From positions 1 through 43,596 of the forward strand of contig DJKW01000002.1 in assembly GCA_002434805.1 (NCBI GenBank): a stretch of DNA of 43,596 nt, given 5' to 3'. The position numbers were made by a program, and so were the translations under genes. This DNA is from Patescibacteria group bacterium UBA6532 (GTDB taxonomy: Bacteria > Patescibacteriota > Minisyncoccia > Minisyncoccales > UBA6532). Below are positions 19,141 through 27,716 of this stretch, piece after piece; within the stretch, counting starts at the first letter, position 1, and the number at the start of each line of letters is the position of its first letter. The notes beneath the pieces were generated by a model. The model saw nothing but the letters and a program-made list of their open reading frames with translations. It searched no databases and was not told the DNA's origin.

Positions 19141-19449
19141 TTGAAACAGAACAAATTAAGGTTATTAAATTTTATGCTTATTTTAGGATTAGGAGATATA
19201 ATTGCGGCTGGCCTTTTGATGTCAAGAGTCTACGATATTGATATTCCCATCTTAATTATTATGGCGTTTGCCGGCTATCTCTTGCTAAAAGGCCTGATCT
19301 TTATAATGGATATTGGGAGTCTTGTTGATATTGTGGCAGGAGCTTTGCTGATCTTGAGCTTGTATTTTGGAATACCAAATATATTTTTCTTTGCCGCTGC
19401 CGCTTTGCTTGCCTTTAAAGGAATTATGACTTTATTCGCTAGGTTTTAA
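19141..19449 (+). CDS. Small multi-pass membrane protein
   Basis: About 4 hydrophobic helices with an internal repeat (DIIAAGLL / DIVAGALL; LLKG / AFKG). True start may be ATG 19174. Confidence 0.7.
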   Translation: MKQNKLRLLNFMLILGLGDIIAAGLLMSRVYDIDIPILIIMAFAGYLLLKGLIFIMDIGSLVDIVAGALLILSLYFGIPNIFFFAAAALLAFKGIMTLFARF

Positions 19450-19482
19450 TTCTATTTATAAAAGCCAAGCAAAAACACTCGA

Positions 19483-19686
19483 TTAAGAGTGTTTTTTGTT
19501 TAAATCTTCCAGTAATTTTTTTAAATCTAATCCATGGATTTTGGCTGCCCCTTCTAAGGTATCGTTTTGAGCCATAGGGCAACCCACACAGTGAAGTCCG
19601 TAGTCCATAAAAATAAAAACTGACTTAGGGTATTTTTTAATAACCTCGCCGATAGTCATTTCTTTAGTAATTTTTAACTTATTCAT
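19483..19686 (-). CDS. DUF1858 redox-disulfide domain protein
   Basis: ITKEMTIGEVI..YP, GLHCVGC, TLE.AA..HG.D...LL..LN. Confidence 0.88.
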   Translation of the reverse strand: MNKLKITKEMTIGEVIKKYPKSVFIFMDYGLHCVGCPMAQNDTLEGAAKIHGLDLKKLLEDLNKKHS

Positions 19687-19769
19687 ATGCTTTATTATAT
19701 CCCACTTCTAATAAAAATAAAACCTCTCTTATTCAAAAAGGTCTTATTATATATTCTACTTCTATAAAC

Positions 19770-19919
19770 TTAAGCTCCGCAGCATTCTTTGCTGGGTTTA
19801 TCAGAACTACAAGAACAGCCTTTTTCTCGGGTTACCCCGCAACATTCTCCAGCTTCACCTTCTGAAGCGCTGCCGCAGCTTTTACACGTATATTGGTCCT
19901 TTTTCTCTTCGTTTTCCAT
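19770..19919 (-). CDS. 49-aa cysteine-rich metal-binding microprotein (SEC-C-like/metallothionein-like)
   Basis: MENEEKKDQYTCKSCGSASEGEAGECCGVTREKGCSCSSDKPSKECCGA*; 8 Cys; same strand as the operon; not in the ORF track. Confidence 0.85.
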   Translation of the reverse strand: MENEEKKDQYTCKSCGSASEGEAGECCGVTREKGCSCSSDKPSKECCGA

Positions 19920-19960
19920 AGAATTTAGATATATTAATGTTTTTAATCCGACCTTTATGA

Positions 19961-20641
19961 TTATTGAGATAGAACGCGTTCCACTGCTGCTTTTAAGGTG
20001 TTATAAGGTACAGCTCCTCCTGGGACAGGTTCTCCGTTGATAAAACTCCCCGGCGTTCCTCTTACTCCTATTTTTATTCCCTCCTGATAATCTGATTCAA
20101 CTTTGTCTTTATATTTCCTTGAAGAAATACAGCTTTCAAATTGATTTGAATTAAGCCCGAGTTGAGAAGCTAATTCTTTATAAAAACTTTCTCCTAATCT
20201 TGATTGGTTTTCAAATAAACCGTCGGCAAACTCCCAGAATTTTCCTTGTTCGGCTGCACATTCTGAAGCTTCAGCTGCCGGCCTTGCTTGAGGATGAATC
20301 TGGTCTAGAGGGAAGTGCCTATAAACCCAGCGAACCTGATTAGGAAATTCAGCTAAAATTTTCTGAAGGGTGGGATGAAAACTTTGGCAGAAAGGACATT
20401 GAAAATCAGAAAACTCAACAATGGTTACAGGAGACTCGAAATTACCTTGAACATGATTTTCTTTGGTAACAGTAATTTCTGCCTTGGCCTCCTCTTTTTG
20501 GGACGATGGTTGATTACCAGATTTTGAAGGCAAAGAAACTCCTCCGCTAAAAATAATAGCTAGGGCAATAATTGCTCCGGCAATTACAATAGCTAGAGGT
20601 ATGAGATATTTTGTATCTAATTGTAAAGTGATTTTAGGCAT
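19961..20641 (-). CDS. Membrane-anchored DsbA/BdbD-like thioredoxin-fold protein
   Basis: TM anchor, EFSDFQCPFC, RHFPL, GVRGTP. Confidence 0.92.
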   Translation of the reverse strand: MPKITLQLDTKYLIPLAIVIAGAIIALAIIFSGGVSLPSKSGNQPSSQKEEAKAEITVTKENHVQGNFESPVTIVEFSDFQCPFCQSFHPTLQKILAEFPNQVRWVYRHFPLDQIHPQARPAAEASECAAEQGKFWEFADGLFENQSRLGESFYKELASQLGLNSNQFESCISSRKYKDKVESDYQEGIKIGVRGTPGSFINGEPVPGGAVPYNTLKAAVERVLSQ

Positions 20642-20644
20642 AAT

Positions 20645-21592
20645 TTATTTATTTTGGGTTAAATATTTATTAACAGAGAGAGCTGCTTTAGCTCCTTCCC
20701 CGCAAGCGATAATTATCTGCTTGAAAGAAACATCAGTGCAGTCACCAGCCGCAAAGACGCCCTCAATTGAAGTTTGGTTAGTTTTATGATTAATGATAAT
20801 TTCTTTAACTGGATTCAGTTCTAAAAATCCTTTAATAAAATCTGTGCTGGTCACGTTTCCAACGTTGACAAACACCCCTTGGATCTTAAGTTCTTTTTTC
20901 TCTTTAGTATTTCGATCTTCGTACAAAAGCGCTTTAACGAACTTATCTCCTTTTATTTCTTTGGCCTGAGCCATAACAATAAATTCAACTTTTCCTCTTT
21001 TTTTAAGCTCTTCTTGGGTAGCCATATCTCCAATAATTCTTGGCCCAAACTCCAAAACATAAATTTTATTAGCGTACTTAGCCAAATCTCTGGCTGAATC
21101 AAGCCCAGCGTTTCCTCCCCCAACCACCACGACGTCTTTGTCTTGAAACAAAGGAGCGTCACAAATTGAACAATAACTTACACCCTTGCTTTCAAAGTCC
21201 TCCCCTCCTGGCACGCCCAACTTGCGAGGGGTTTTGCCCGAAGCCACAATGACTGACCTAGATTCGTATTCTTTGTCTTTTTTTGTCTTTACTAAAAAAT
21301 TATCTCCTTTTTTACTAAGTTTTGCTACGGTTTCTCCTTCAATAATATCTAGTTTATACTCTTTAGCCTGTTCTCTTAAAAGGCTTACAAATTCAGCTCC
21401 CGAAGAGATATTTTTAATACCGGGATAATTATTAATGGAACTGGTGTAAGCAAGCTGGTCGCCGCCAAACTTTTGGGTCAGTAAAATTAAATCAAGCTTT
21501 TTCCGGGCAGCATAAATTCCAGCTGTAACGGCAGCCGGCCCGCCTCCGATAATAATAAGATCGTAAACTTTATTGGGTTTCTTTTTTGCCAT
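20645..21592 (-). CDS. Thioredoxin reductase/AhpF-like FAD-dependent disulfide reductase
   Basis: GGGPA, CSICD redox pair, GGGNAG, FAAGD, KQIIIA.GEG. Confidence 0.92.
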   Translation of the reverse strand: MAKKKPNKVYDLIIIGGGPAAVTAGIYAARKKLDLILLTQKFGGDQLAYTSSINNYPGIKNISSGAEFVSLLREQAKEYKLDIIEGETVAKLSKKGDNFLVKTKKDKEYESRSVIVASGKTPRKLGVPGGEDFESKGVSYCSICDAPLFQDKDVVVVGGGNAGLDSARDLAKYANKIYVLEFGPRIIGDMATQEELKKRGKVEFIVMAQAKEIKGDKFVKALLYEDRNTKEKKELKIQGVFVNVGNVTSTDFIKGFLELNPVKEIIINHKTNQTSIEGVFAAGDCTDVSFKQIIIACGEGAKAALSVNKYLTQNK

Positions 21593-21611
21593 AATTCAAA
21601 ATATACTACAA

Positions 21612-22457
21612 TTATTTAAATTCGCCGATAATTTTCTGCCAGTTCGGTTTTCGCAAAACAGTATGCCAAGGTTTTTTAAGCTGAGGCCAGTAAGATTCAA
21701 AAGCAGGGGATGTTTTTTGGTAAAAAATACCGATAGGAACTTTTTTGTCCTTATCAAAACAATAATCCCATTGGCGAGCCTTTAATAAAGCTGCGGAAAA
21801 ATCTTCCTGTTTGTGATTCTTTAATTTATAGACATTCTTTTGGAAATAAGGGACGACATTATGAAAGATAATACAAGGCTGTAAAATGTCAATGAAGGAA
21901 AATCCTTTATGTAAAATGGCTTGCTTGATTAAATCTTTAAGATGGGGGACGTCTAATGCGTATCCCCGAGCGACAAAGCTGGCTCCGGATTCTAAGGCCA
22001 TTATTAAGGGATTTAAGGGTCTTTCTTTTAGGCCGAGGGGAGTGGAACCGTCTATAAATCCTTTCTCTGTGGTAGCTGTAGCTTGCCCGGTAGTCAAAGA
22101 AAAAACCTGATTATTATGGACGAGCATAGTCATATCTGCATTATACCTGTAATTGTGTATAAAATGAGAAATTCCTTCATTGTAAGTATCGCCGTCGCCC
22201 CCAAAACCAACTACTGTCATTTTAGGATTCCCCATCTTAATCCCCAGGCAAACTGGCAAAACTCTGCCATGAATTCCGTAAAAACCCTTTAGGTTAATGT
22301 AGTCATAAATTTTAGCATGGCAGCCAACGCCAGAAACAATGGCAATATTTCTATTCCCCAGCTCAGCCACCGCCGCTTTAAAAGCTTTTAAAATCTTGAA
22401 ATTCGGACAGCCTGGGCACCAAGTAATTGTTTCTTTTGTTGAAAAGTCTTTAGTCAT
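21612..22457 (-). CDS. 2-oxoacid:ferredoxin oxidoreductase beta subunit
   Basis: WCPGC, SGVGC, HGR, GGDGD TPP motif, LTTGQ, QPC. Confidence 0.93.
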   Translation of the reverse strand: MTKDFSTKETITWCPGCPNFKILKAFKAAVAELGNRNIAIVSGVGCHAKIYDYINLKGFYGIHGRVLPVCLGIKMGNPKMTVVGFGGDGDTYNEGISHFIHNYRYNADMTMLVHNNQVFSLTTGQATATTEKGFIDGSTPLGLKERPLNPLIMALESGASFVARGYALDVPHLKDLIKQAILHKGFSFIDILQPCIIFHNVVPYFQKNVYKLKNHKQEDFSAALLKARQWDYCFDKDKKVPIGIFYQKTSPAFESYWPQLKKPWHTVLRKPNWQKIIGEFK

Positions 22458-23973
22458 ATTTTTTTAATTGATTGATTAGAATGTCTGGGGTAAAAGGCCT
22501 GGCATCGTATTTTAAAACTTTATCTTTAATAATAAGGCCTGTCTCTTCGGTAATAACACCAGAGAGAGCGCCAGTTGCGCTATTTTCCACCAAAATTACT
22601 TTCTTTGATCTTTTAATTTCTCTAGCCACTTCTTCTTTAGGAAAAGGCTTTAAATAAGAAATTTGAAGGAATCTAAAATTTTTAAGACCCGGTAAAGCGT
22701 CAAGGATTGCTCCTTTGGTAGAACCATGGCTAATAATTAAATTCCTACCCTTGCCGTAAACTCTAATTGGATTTAATTTCTTAACTTCTCTGGCAATGAT
22801 TTTTTCTTTCCGGAGCCGCCTCTCATGGCCCTTAACCACCTCTTTTGCGTCTTCTGTCGTAAAGCCTGCTTTATCATGCTCGTAACTGTTAGCCCGATCT
22901 AGAGGGTAAGAAACCGCTTTTAAAGGAGATTTGCTCAATTGATCAAACGTGTAATTGCTTTCTCCCAAATGCTTGTCTCCCAAGATTATAGCTGGCATCC
23001 GATATTTTGCGCTCAAATAAAAGGCTTCCTGGGTTCTGATAATGGATTCTTGGGCGTCGCCTGGAGCAACGACTATTCTTGGAAATTCTCCTTGACCGGC
23101 GTTCAAGGCGAACTTTAAATCGCCCTGAGCGGTATAGGTAGGAACGCCAGTAGAGGGAGCCGGCCTCTGGGACAAGTAAATCACTAATGGCAGCTCGGCC
23201 ATCCCTGACAGGCTTAAGGCTTCTGTCATTAAGGCAAAACCGCCGCCCGAAGTTCCAATCATCACTCTGGCTCCGCTAAATGAAGCGCCTAAGGCAGAGT
23301 TGATCGTTGCGATCTCGTTCTCTGGCTGAAAAACTAAAATATTATTTTCCAGCTGCCTTTTTGCTAAAAAGTGCAAAACAGGCGTGGCTGGCGTCATTGG
23401 ATAAGCTAAATAAATGTCCAGGCCGGCAGCTAAAGATCCTACTGCTATTCCTTCGTTGCCGGAAATGAAATATTTAGACTTAGATTTTTTAAGGTTTTCT
23501 TTTTTCTTGCCAATCTTATAGCCCTCTTTAATAGCTTTTGCAATCAGATTTGATTTTTTGCCAAACTCCTTTTCCGCACTATGCAGTAAAATTTTTAAAT
23601 CTACTCCAAAACGTTTAAAGAGAGTTCCTATTAAAACGTCGTTTGCTAAAATCTTTGGTCCTTGTAATTTTTGAACAATAGGTTCTGTCTCTTTAACTCC
23701 AAAAATCAAGCCGTTTTTCTTTAAATCTTTTTTATGCAAATCAATTGTCTTTTGGTCTAAAGCTAAAATGATATCGTACTTTGAGCCGTGAGAAAAAATC
23801 TTCTTGTTTGAAATTTTAAGCACGTTAAAGTTGTGCCCTCCTCTGATAAGGGAAGGATAATCTTTATAGTTAAAAACGTAGTATCCTAAACTACAAAATA
23901 TTTTTCCGATTAAATGGGAGGTCAAAGCTGAGCCCATCCCGGCCTCCCCACCAATTAAGATCAGCTTTTCCAT
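22450..23973 (-). CDS. 2-oxoacid:ferredoxin oxidoreductase alpha subunit (gamma-alpha fusion)
   Basis: GGEAG.G, YPSLIRGGHN, SGNE, YPMTPAT, ENEI, TSGGGF, PSTG.PT. Confidence 0.93.
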   Translation of the reverse strand: MEKLILIGGEAGMGSALTSHLIGKIFCSLGYYVFNYKDYPSLIRGGHNFNVLKISNKKIFSHGSKYDIILALDQKTIDLHKKDLKKNGLIFGVKETEPIVQKLQGPKILANDVLIGTLFKRFGVDLKILLHSAEKEFGKKSNLIAKAIKEGYKIGKKKENLKKSKSKYFISGNEGIAVGSLAAGLDIYLAYPMTPATPVLHFLAKRQLENNILVFQPENEIATINSALGASFSGARVMIGTSGGGFALMTEALSLSGMAELPLVIYLSQRPAPSTGVPTYTAQGDLKFALNAGQGEFPRIVVAPGDAQESIIRTQEAFYLSAKYRMPAIILGDKHLGESNYTFDQLSKSPLKAVSYPLDRANSYEHDKAGFTTEDAKEVVKGHERRLRKEKIIAREVKKLNPIRVYGKGRNLIISHGSTKGAILDALPGLKNFRFLQISYLKPFPKEEVAREIKRSKKVILVENSATGALSGVITEETGLIIKDKVLKYDARPFTPDILINQLKKYD

Positions 23974-23985
23974 AGATTAATATTG

Positions 23986-24180
23986 CTATTTTATTTCTTG
24001 CCGATGACCTTCTTTATCATATTCATATAGCTTATCTTCCTCTTCATTGACCACAATCTTGTGGGCGCCATCGCAAAATGGCTGGTTTTTTGATAAGCCA
24101 CACATACAGACCCAGACTGATTCTTCCTTGGGCTTTATTTCCAAAGGTCCTTTGTCTTTTTTTATAATTTTTCTAGCCAT
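23986..24180 (-). CDS. CDGSH [2Fe-2S] domain protein
   Basis: CMCGLSKNQPFCDGAH. Confidence 0.92.
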   Translation of the reverse strand: MARKIIKKDKGPLEIKPKEESVWVCMCGLSKNQPFCDGAHKIVVNEEEDKLYEYDKEGHRQEIK

Positions 24181-24202
24181 ATTCTTATTACTTATTATTA
24201 AA

Positions 24203-24724
24203 TCAAAATTCTAATCCTTGTTTTGCGACCCTTCCTTTTTTAAAAGGATGTTTTATTTCTTTGAACTCAGTTGCTAAATCCGCTCTTTTAATCAGCTCTT
24301 TTCCAGCTCCTCTTCCTGTGAGAATTATGTCTTTTCCTTTTAAAGACAGATTAATAACTTTTAAAACGTCTTTCAGCTTAATGAGTCTTAAAGAAAGAGC
24401 AACGTTAACTTCATCTAAGATAATAAGGTCAAACTTTTTTGAAAGAATGGCTTTTTTTGCTTTTTCCAGAGCTTTTTTGGCTGCTTTCTGGTGAATATTT
24501 CTGGATAATTTGTCACCCATTATGCCAACAAAACCCTTCCCGCTCTTAATCAATCTGAATTTCCTGCTAAACTTCTTTACTGCCTTGTCTTCTCCGCTAA
24601 AAAACTCCTTGCTCTTGATAAACTGAATCATTAATACTTTCTTTCCCTGGCCTATAGCTCTTACTCCCTGCCCAATGGCAGAAGTGCTTTTCCCTTTGCC
24701 TTTACCAGTAAAAACTATGATCAT
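24203..24724 (-). CDS. Cob(I)alamin adenosyltransferase (CobA/CobO/BtuR type)
   Basis: FTGKGKGKSTSA, QFIK, ILDE, LTGR, KHPF..G. Start revised to ATG 24724, which overlaps the nrdJ stop (ATGA). Confidence 0.92.
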   Translation of the reverse strand: MIIVFTGKGKGKSTSAIGQGVRAIGQGKKVLMIQFIKSKEFFSGEDKAVKKFSRKFRLIKSGKGFVGIMGDKLSRNIHQKAAKKALEKAKKAILSKKFDLIILDEVNVALSLRLIKLKDVLKVINLSLKGKDIILTGRGAGKELIKRADLATEFKEIKHPFKKGRVAKQGLEF

Positions 24725-26961
24725 ACGCTGCACAGCCCGAATCCGCATTGGGGACAAGAAAGGCATCCTTCTTGAGACTGAAGAGGACCGCCACATTCGG
24801 GACAAATATTAGCTTGAGGCTCTAATAGTTCTAAAGTGGTTGAAGTAAGGAATTTTTTATCTTTTTTAGCCGCTAAGGTTAAGACTTCTGTTTTTCTTGA
24901 AGCTTCCCTGTAAACAGTACAAGACTTGCATTTTAACTTCCAGGCCAGCAAATAAGCTTTTAAGACTTCTGTTTGAGGAGATTTATTGGGAAAATTAATC
25001 GTTTTGGAAATACTGTTGTCAACATTCTTTTGGAAGGCAGCCTGCATTTTAATGTGATCTAAAGGAGAAATATCCAAAGCTCCGATAAAAACTTTTTTGA
25101 TGCGGTCGGGTATTTCCTTTATCTGCTGGACACCTCCGGCGGTAGCTATTTTCTGGGCTAATTTTTCGGTAAAGATATCCTCTTTCCTTAATCTTTCTTC
25201 AAGATGGCGGTTGGTATAGAAAAATTTCTGGCCGCCCATTACTTCTTTAACATAAGCTAAAGCAAAACATGGTTCCAAGCCCGAAGAAACATTAACAACC
25301 ATGGAAATGGAACCGGTAGGAGCTATGGTAGTCGTGGCCGCATTTCTTACTTTCTGACCTTTCTTTTTCCAAACGCTCTTTTTGTAATTTGGGAAAACGC
25401 CTTTTTCCTTGGCCAGTTCTTCTGACATTTTATGGGATTCTTCAGTGATAAATTTCATTACCTTTTCAGCCGTTTTAAAACCTTCTTCCGAATTATAGGG
25501 AATATCTAATTGAAAAAGCATGTCAGCGAAACCCATCAGGCCCAAGCCAACCCGTCTATTGTTTTTAAACATCTTGCTTACTCTCTCTATGGGAAACTTT
25601 GTGATATCAATAACATTATCTAGCATTCTAATGGAAGTCCTCACTACGTCTCTTAATTTTTCCCATTTTATTTTTTTATTTTCAATAAACTTATCTAAAT
25701 TAATTGATCCGAGATTGCAGACATCGCCATCGTGAAGCATCTGTTCGCCGCAAGGATTGCAAGCTTCGATCCTCCCGAGGCCGGGCAAAGGATTAACCCT
25801 GTTGACTTCATCAATAAATATTATTCCCGGCTCCCCGTTTGCCCAGGCAGCATTAACGATTTCATACATTACTTGTTCGGCGGTAATCTTTTCTTCTTTT
25901 ATCTCAAGAACTATTCCGTGTTCGTCTCTAATAATCCTTCGAGGGAGTATTTTCTTGTTCTTAAATTTACAAACCCAGAATTCTTTGCTTTTTGATTCAA
26001 CCTTTCGCATAAAATCATCTGTCAGGGAAACTGAAATATTAAAATTTCTGATTTCTCCTTCTTTTTCTTTGCAGTGAATAAAATCAAGGATATCCGGATG
26101 ATCAACTCTCATTACGGCCATGTTGGCGCCGTGCCTAGACTGTTGTTTGATGATTCCGAATGCTTCGTTGTAAACTCGAAGGAAAGAAACCGGGCCCGAA
26201 GACACTCCCATTGTTCTTTTGGCTAAAGAGCCGGCCGGCCTCAACATGTGAAAAGGAAAACCCAGGCCAGATCCCGCTTGTTGCAAGAGAGCTGCGTCTT
26301 TTAAGGTCTGAAAAATCCCCTCCATATTATCTTCAATATGTAAAACAATACAATTAGATACCACCGGGGTTGATGCGCCGGCATTAGTAAGAGTCCTGCC
26401 AGCCGGTAGGAATTCAAAATTAGCCATTACATTATAGAAATCTTTTTCAAATTTTTTGATCTTACTGGTGCTGGTTTTGTACTTTTTTTCAACTCCGGCC
26501 AGCGTTTTAGCAACCCTTTGAAACATTTCTTCCGGGGTTTCTGTAACTTCTTTCTTTTCTCTATCCTGCAAAAGGTATCTTTTTGCGACAACCTTAAGAG
26601 CGTTTAAAGAAAGGGGGAGTTTTGTCGTTTTGCCGGAAAGAACTTCTTTTTTAGCTTCCCTGATCTTCTGGCGCTCTCGTCTGTAAAGAATGTAAGCTTT
26701 AGCTGAAGTGGTGTAGCCATTCTTCATTATGGCAATTTCAACCACGTCTTGAATTTCTTCTATATTCGGAGGTTTTTTCCTCGTACCGTAAAGTTGATTC
26801 AGCATCTCCACCACCTTATCTGAAATTTTTCCGGCTATCTTTCCATTGAACTCAGCTGTTGCTTGTCCGGACTTTAAAATAGCTGAAGTAATCCTTTCTT
26901 GGTCAAAAGGAACGATTTCACCTTCTCTCTTTTGAACTTTTTTAATTTTATTTTTAATCAT
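24721..26961 (-). CDS. nrdJ: Class II (adenosylcobalamin-dependent) ribonucleotide reductase with ATP cone
   Basis: ATP cone KREG...FD; NC; GANM; NPCGEQ; CNLGSINL; TIAPTGS; SKTIN; C-terminal CPEC/CPQC. No NrdB in the window; adenosyltransferase adjacent. Confidence 0.93.
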   Translation of the reverse strand: MIKNKIKKVQKREGEIVPFDQERITSAILKSGQATAEFNGKIAGKISDKVVEMLNQLYGTRKKPPNIEEIQDVVEIAIMKNGYTTSAKAYILYRRERQKIREAKKEVLSGKTTKLPLSLNALKVVAKRYLLQDREKKEVTETPEEMFQRVAKTLAGVEKKYKTSTSKIKKFEKDFYNVMANFEFLPAGRTLTNAGASTPVVSNCIVLHIEDNMEGIFQTLKDAALLQQAGSGLGFPFHMLRPAGSLAKRTMGVSSGPVSFLRVYNEAFGIIKQQSRHGANMAVMRVDHPDILDFIHCKEKEGEIRNFNISVSLTDDFMRKVESKSKEFWVCKFKNKKILPRRIIRDEHGIVLEIKEEKITAEQVMYEIVNAAWANGEPGIIFIDEVNRVNPLPGLGRIEACNPCGEQMLHDGDVCNLGSINLDKFIENKKIKWEKLRDVVRTSIRMLDNVIDITKFPIERVSKMFKNNRRVGLGLMGFADMLFQLDIPYNSEEGFKTAEKVMKFITEESHKMSEELAKEKGVFPNYKKSVWKKKGQKVRNAATTTIAPTGSISMVVNVSSGLEPCFALAYVKEVMGGQKFFYTNRHLEERLRKEDIFTEKLAQKIATAGGVQQIKEIPDRIKKVFIGALDISPLDHIKMQAAFQKNVDNSISKTINFPNKSPQTEVLKAYLLAWKLKCKSCTVYREASRKTEVLTLAAKKDKKFLTSTTLELLEPQANICPECGGPLQSQEGCLSCPQCGFGLCSV

Positions 26962-26974
26962 AAGGTATTAACTC

Positions 26975-27015
26975 ATTTTAACAAAAACTATGGAAAATGT
27001 ATTAATTCCATAGTT
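26975..27015 (-). promoter_or_regulatory. 10-bp inverted repeat (sod terminator or operator) abutting the nrdJ extended -10
   Basis: AACTATGGAA-N10-TTCCATAGTT at 26986-27015, then TGTTAAAAT on the minus strand. Confidence 0.55.
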
Positions 27016-27036
27016 AGTTTGTGATAACTATTATTA

Positions 27037-27621
27037 TTATAATTTTTGAAACTTCTTATCAATAACCGACCAATTTATATTCTTGAAAAAATCTTCAATA
27101 TAAGATTTGCGGTCTGACCCATAATCAATAAAGTAAGCGTGCTCATAAACATCTAAAACCAAAAGAGGGGATGTTCCCCAAACGCCTCCTTGGTTGTGCA
27201 AGTCAGTCAAATAGTTGTGTAATTTTCCGTCGTTAAAGTCAAAAGCCAGGATTACCCAGCCGCGAGCTGCCATGCCTAAGGCTTTAAATTCTTCCTGCCA
27301 ATTCTCAAAAGAACCAAAATCTTTAATCAGGGCTTCTTTGATTTTTCCTTTCGGGTCTCCTTCCCCTCCCAAGCTGTCAAAATAGGCCTCGTGCAAAAGA
27401 ACGCCATTGGCGGCAAAAGTTTCCTCCAGCTTTAATTCTCTTAGTTCGCTAAAGGTAGCATTGGCTGAAGACTTGTCAGCTGTTTTTAATTTCTCTTGAA
27501 TCTCCTGCCATTTTTTCAAATAACCTTGATAAAGTTTGTTGTGATGGATTGCAATTGTTTTTTCTGAAATTCCGTTTAATTTTTGAAAAGGTAATTTTTT
27601 AGATTGATTATAATCTTTCAT
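27037..27621 (-). CDS. Fe/Mn superoxide dismutase family protein
   Basis: HH.KLY.GY, LHE.YF, FGS, GW, DVYEHAY. Confidence 0.92.
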   Translation of the reverse strand: MKDYNQSKKLPFQKLNGISEKTIAIHHNKLYQGYLKKWQEIQEKLKTADKSSANATFSELRELKLEETFAANGVLLHEAYFDSLGGEGDPKGKIKEALIKDFGSFENWQEEFKALGMAARGWVILAFDFNDGKLHNYLTDLHNQGGVWGTSPLLVLDVYEHAYFIDYGSDRKSYIEDFFKNINWSVIDKKFQKL

Positions 27622-27716
27622 ATCTTTTAAATTATTAACTATATTTATAATTATAGCAAACCAAGATTACTTATCAACTAGTAGATAATAAACCCTCAAG
27701 AGGGTAAAATAAAGTA

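Noticed and set aside
24725-24805. ORF-track N-terminal extensions (adenosyltransferase, also rtcB 39108-39182, elp3 34722-34745, cca 42596-42631, M16 peptidase 4666-4716)
   Set aside because: They overlap neighbouring genes or promoters, and family homology begins at the downstream ATG.
26962-27036. Cobalamin riboswitch or NrdR box upstream of nrdJ
   Set aside because: The gap is only 75 nt and AT-rich, with no match to either consensus by eye. Only a 10-bp inverted repeat is present.
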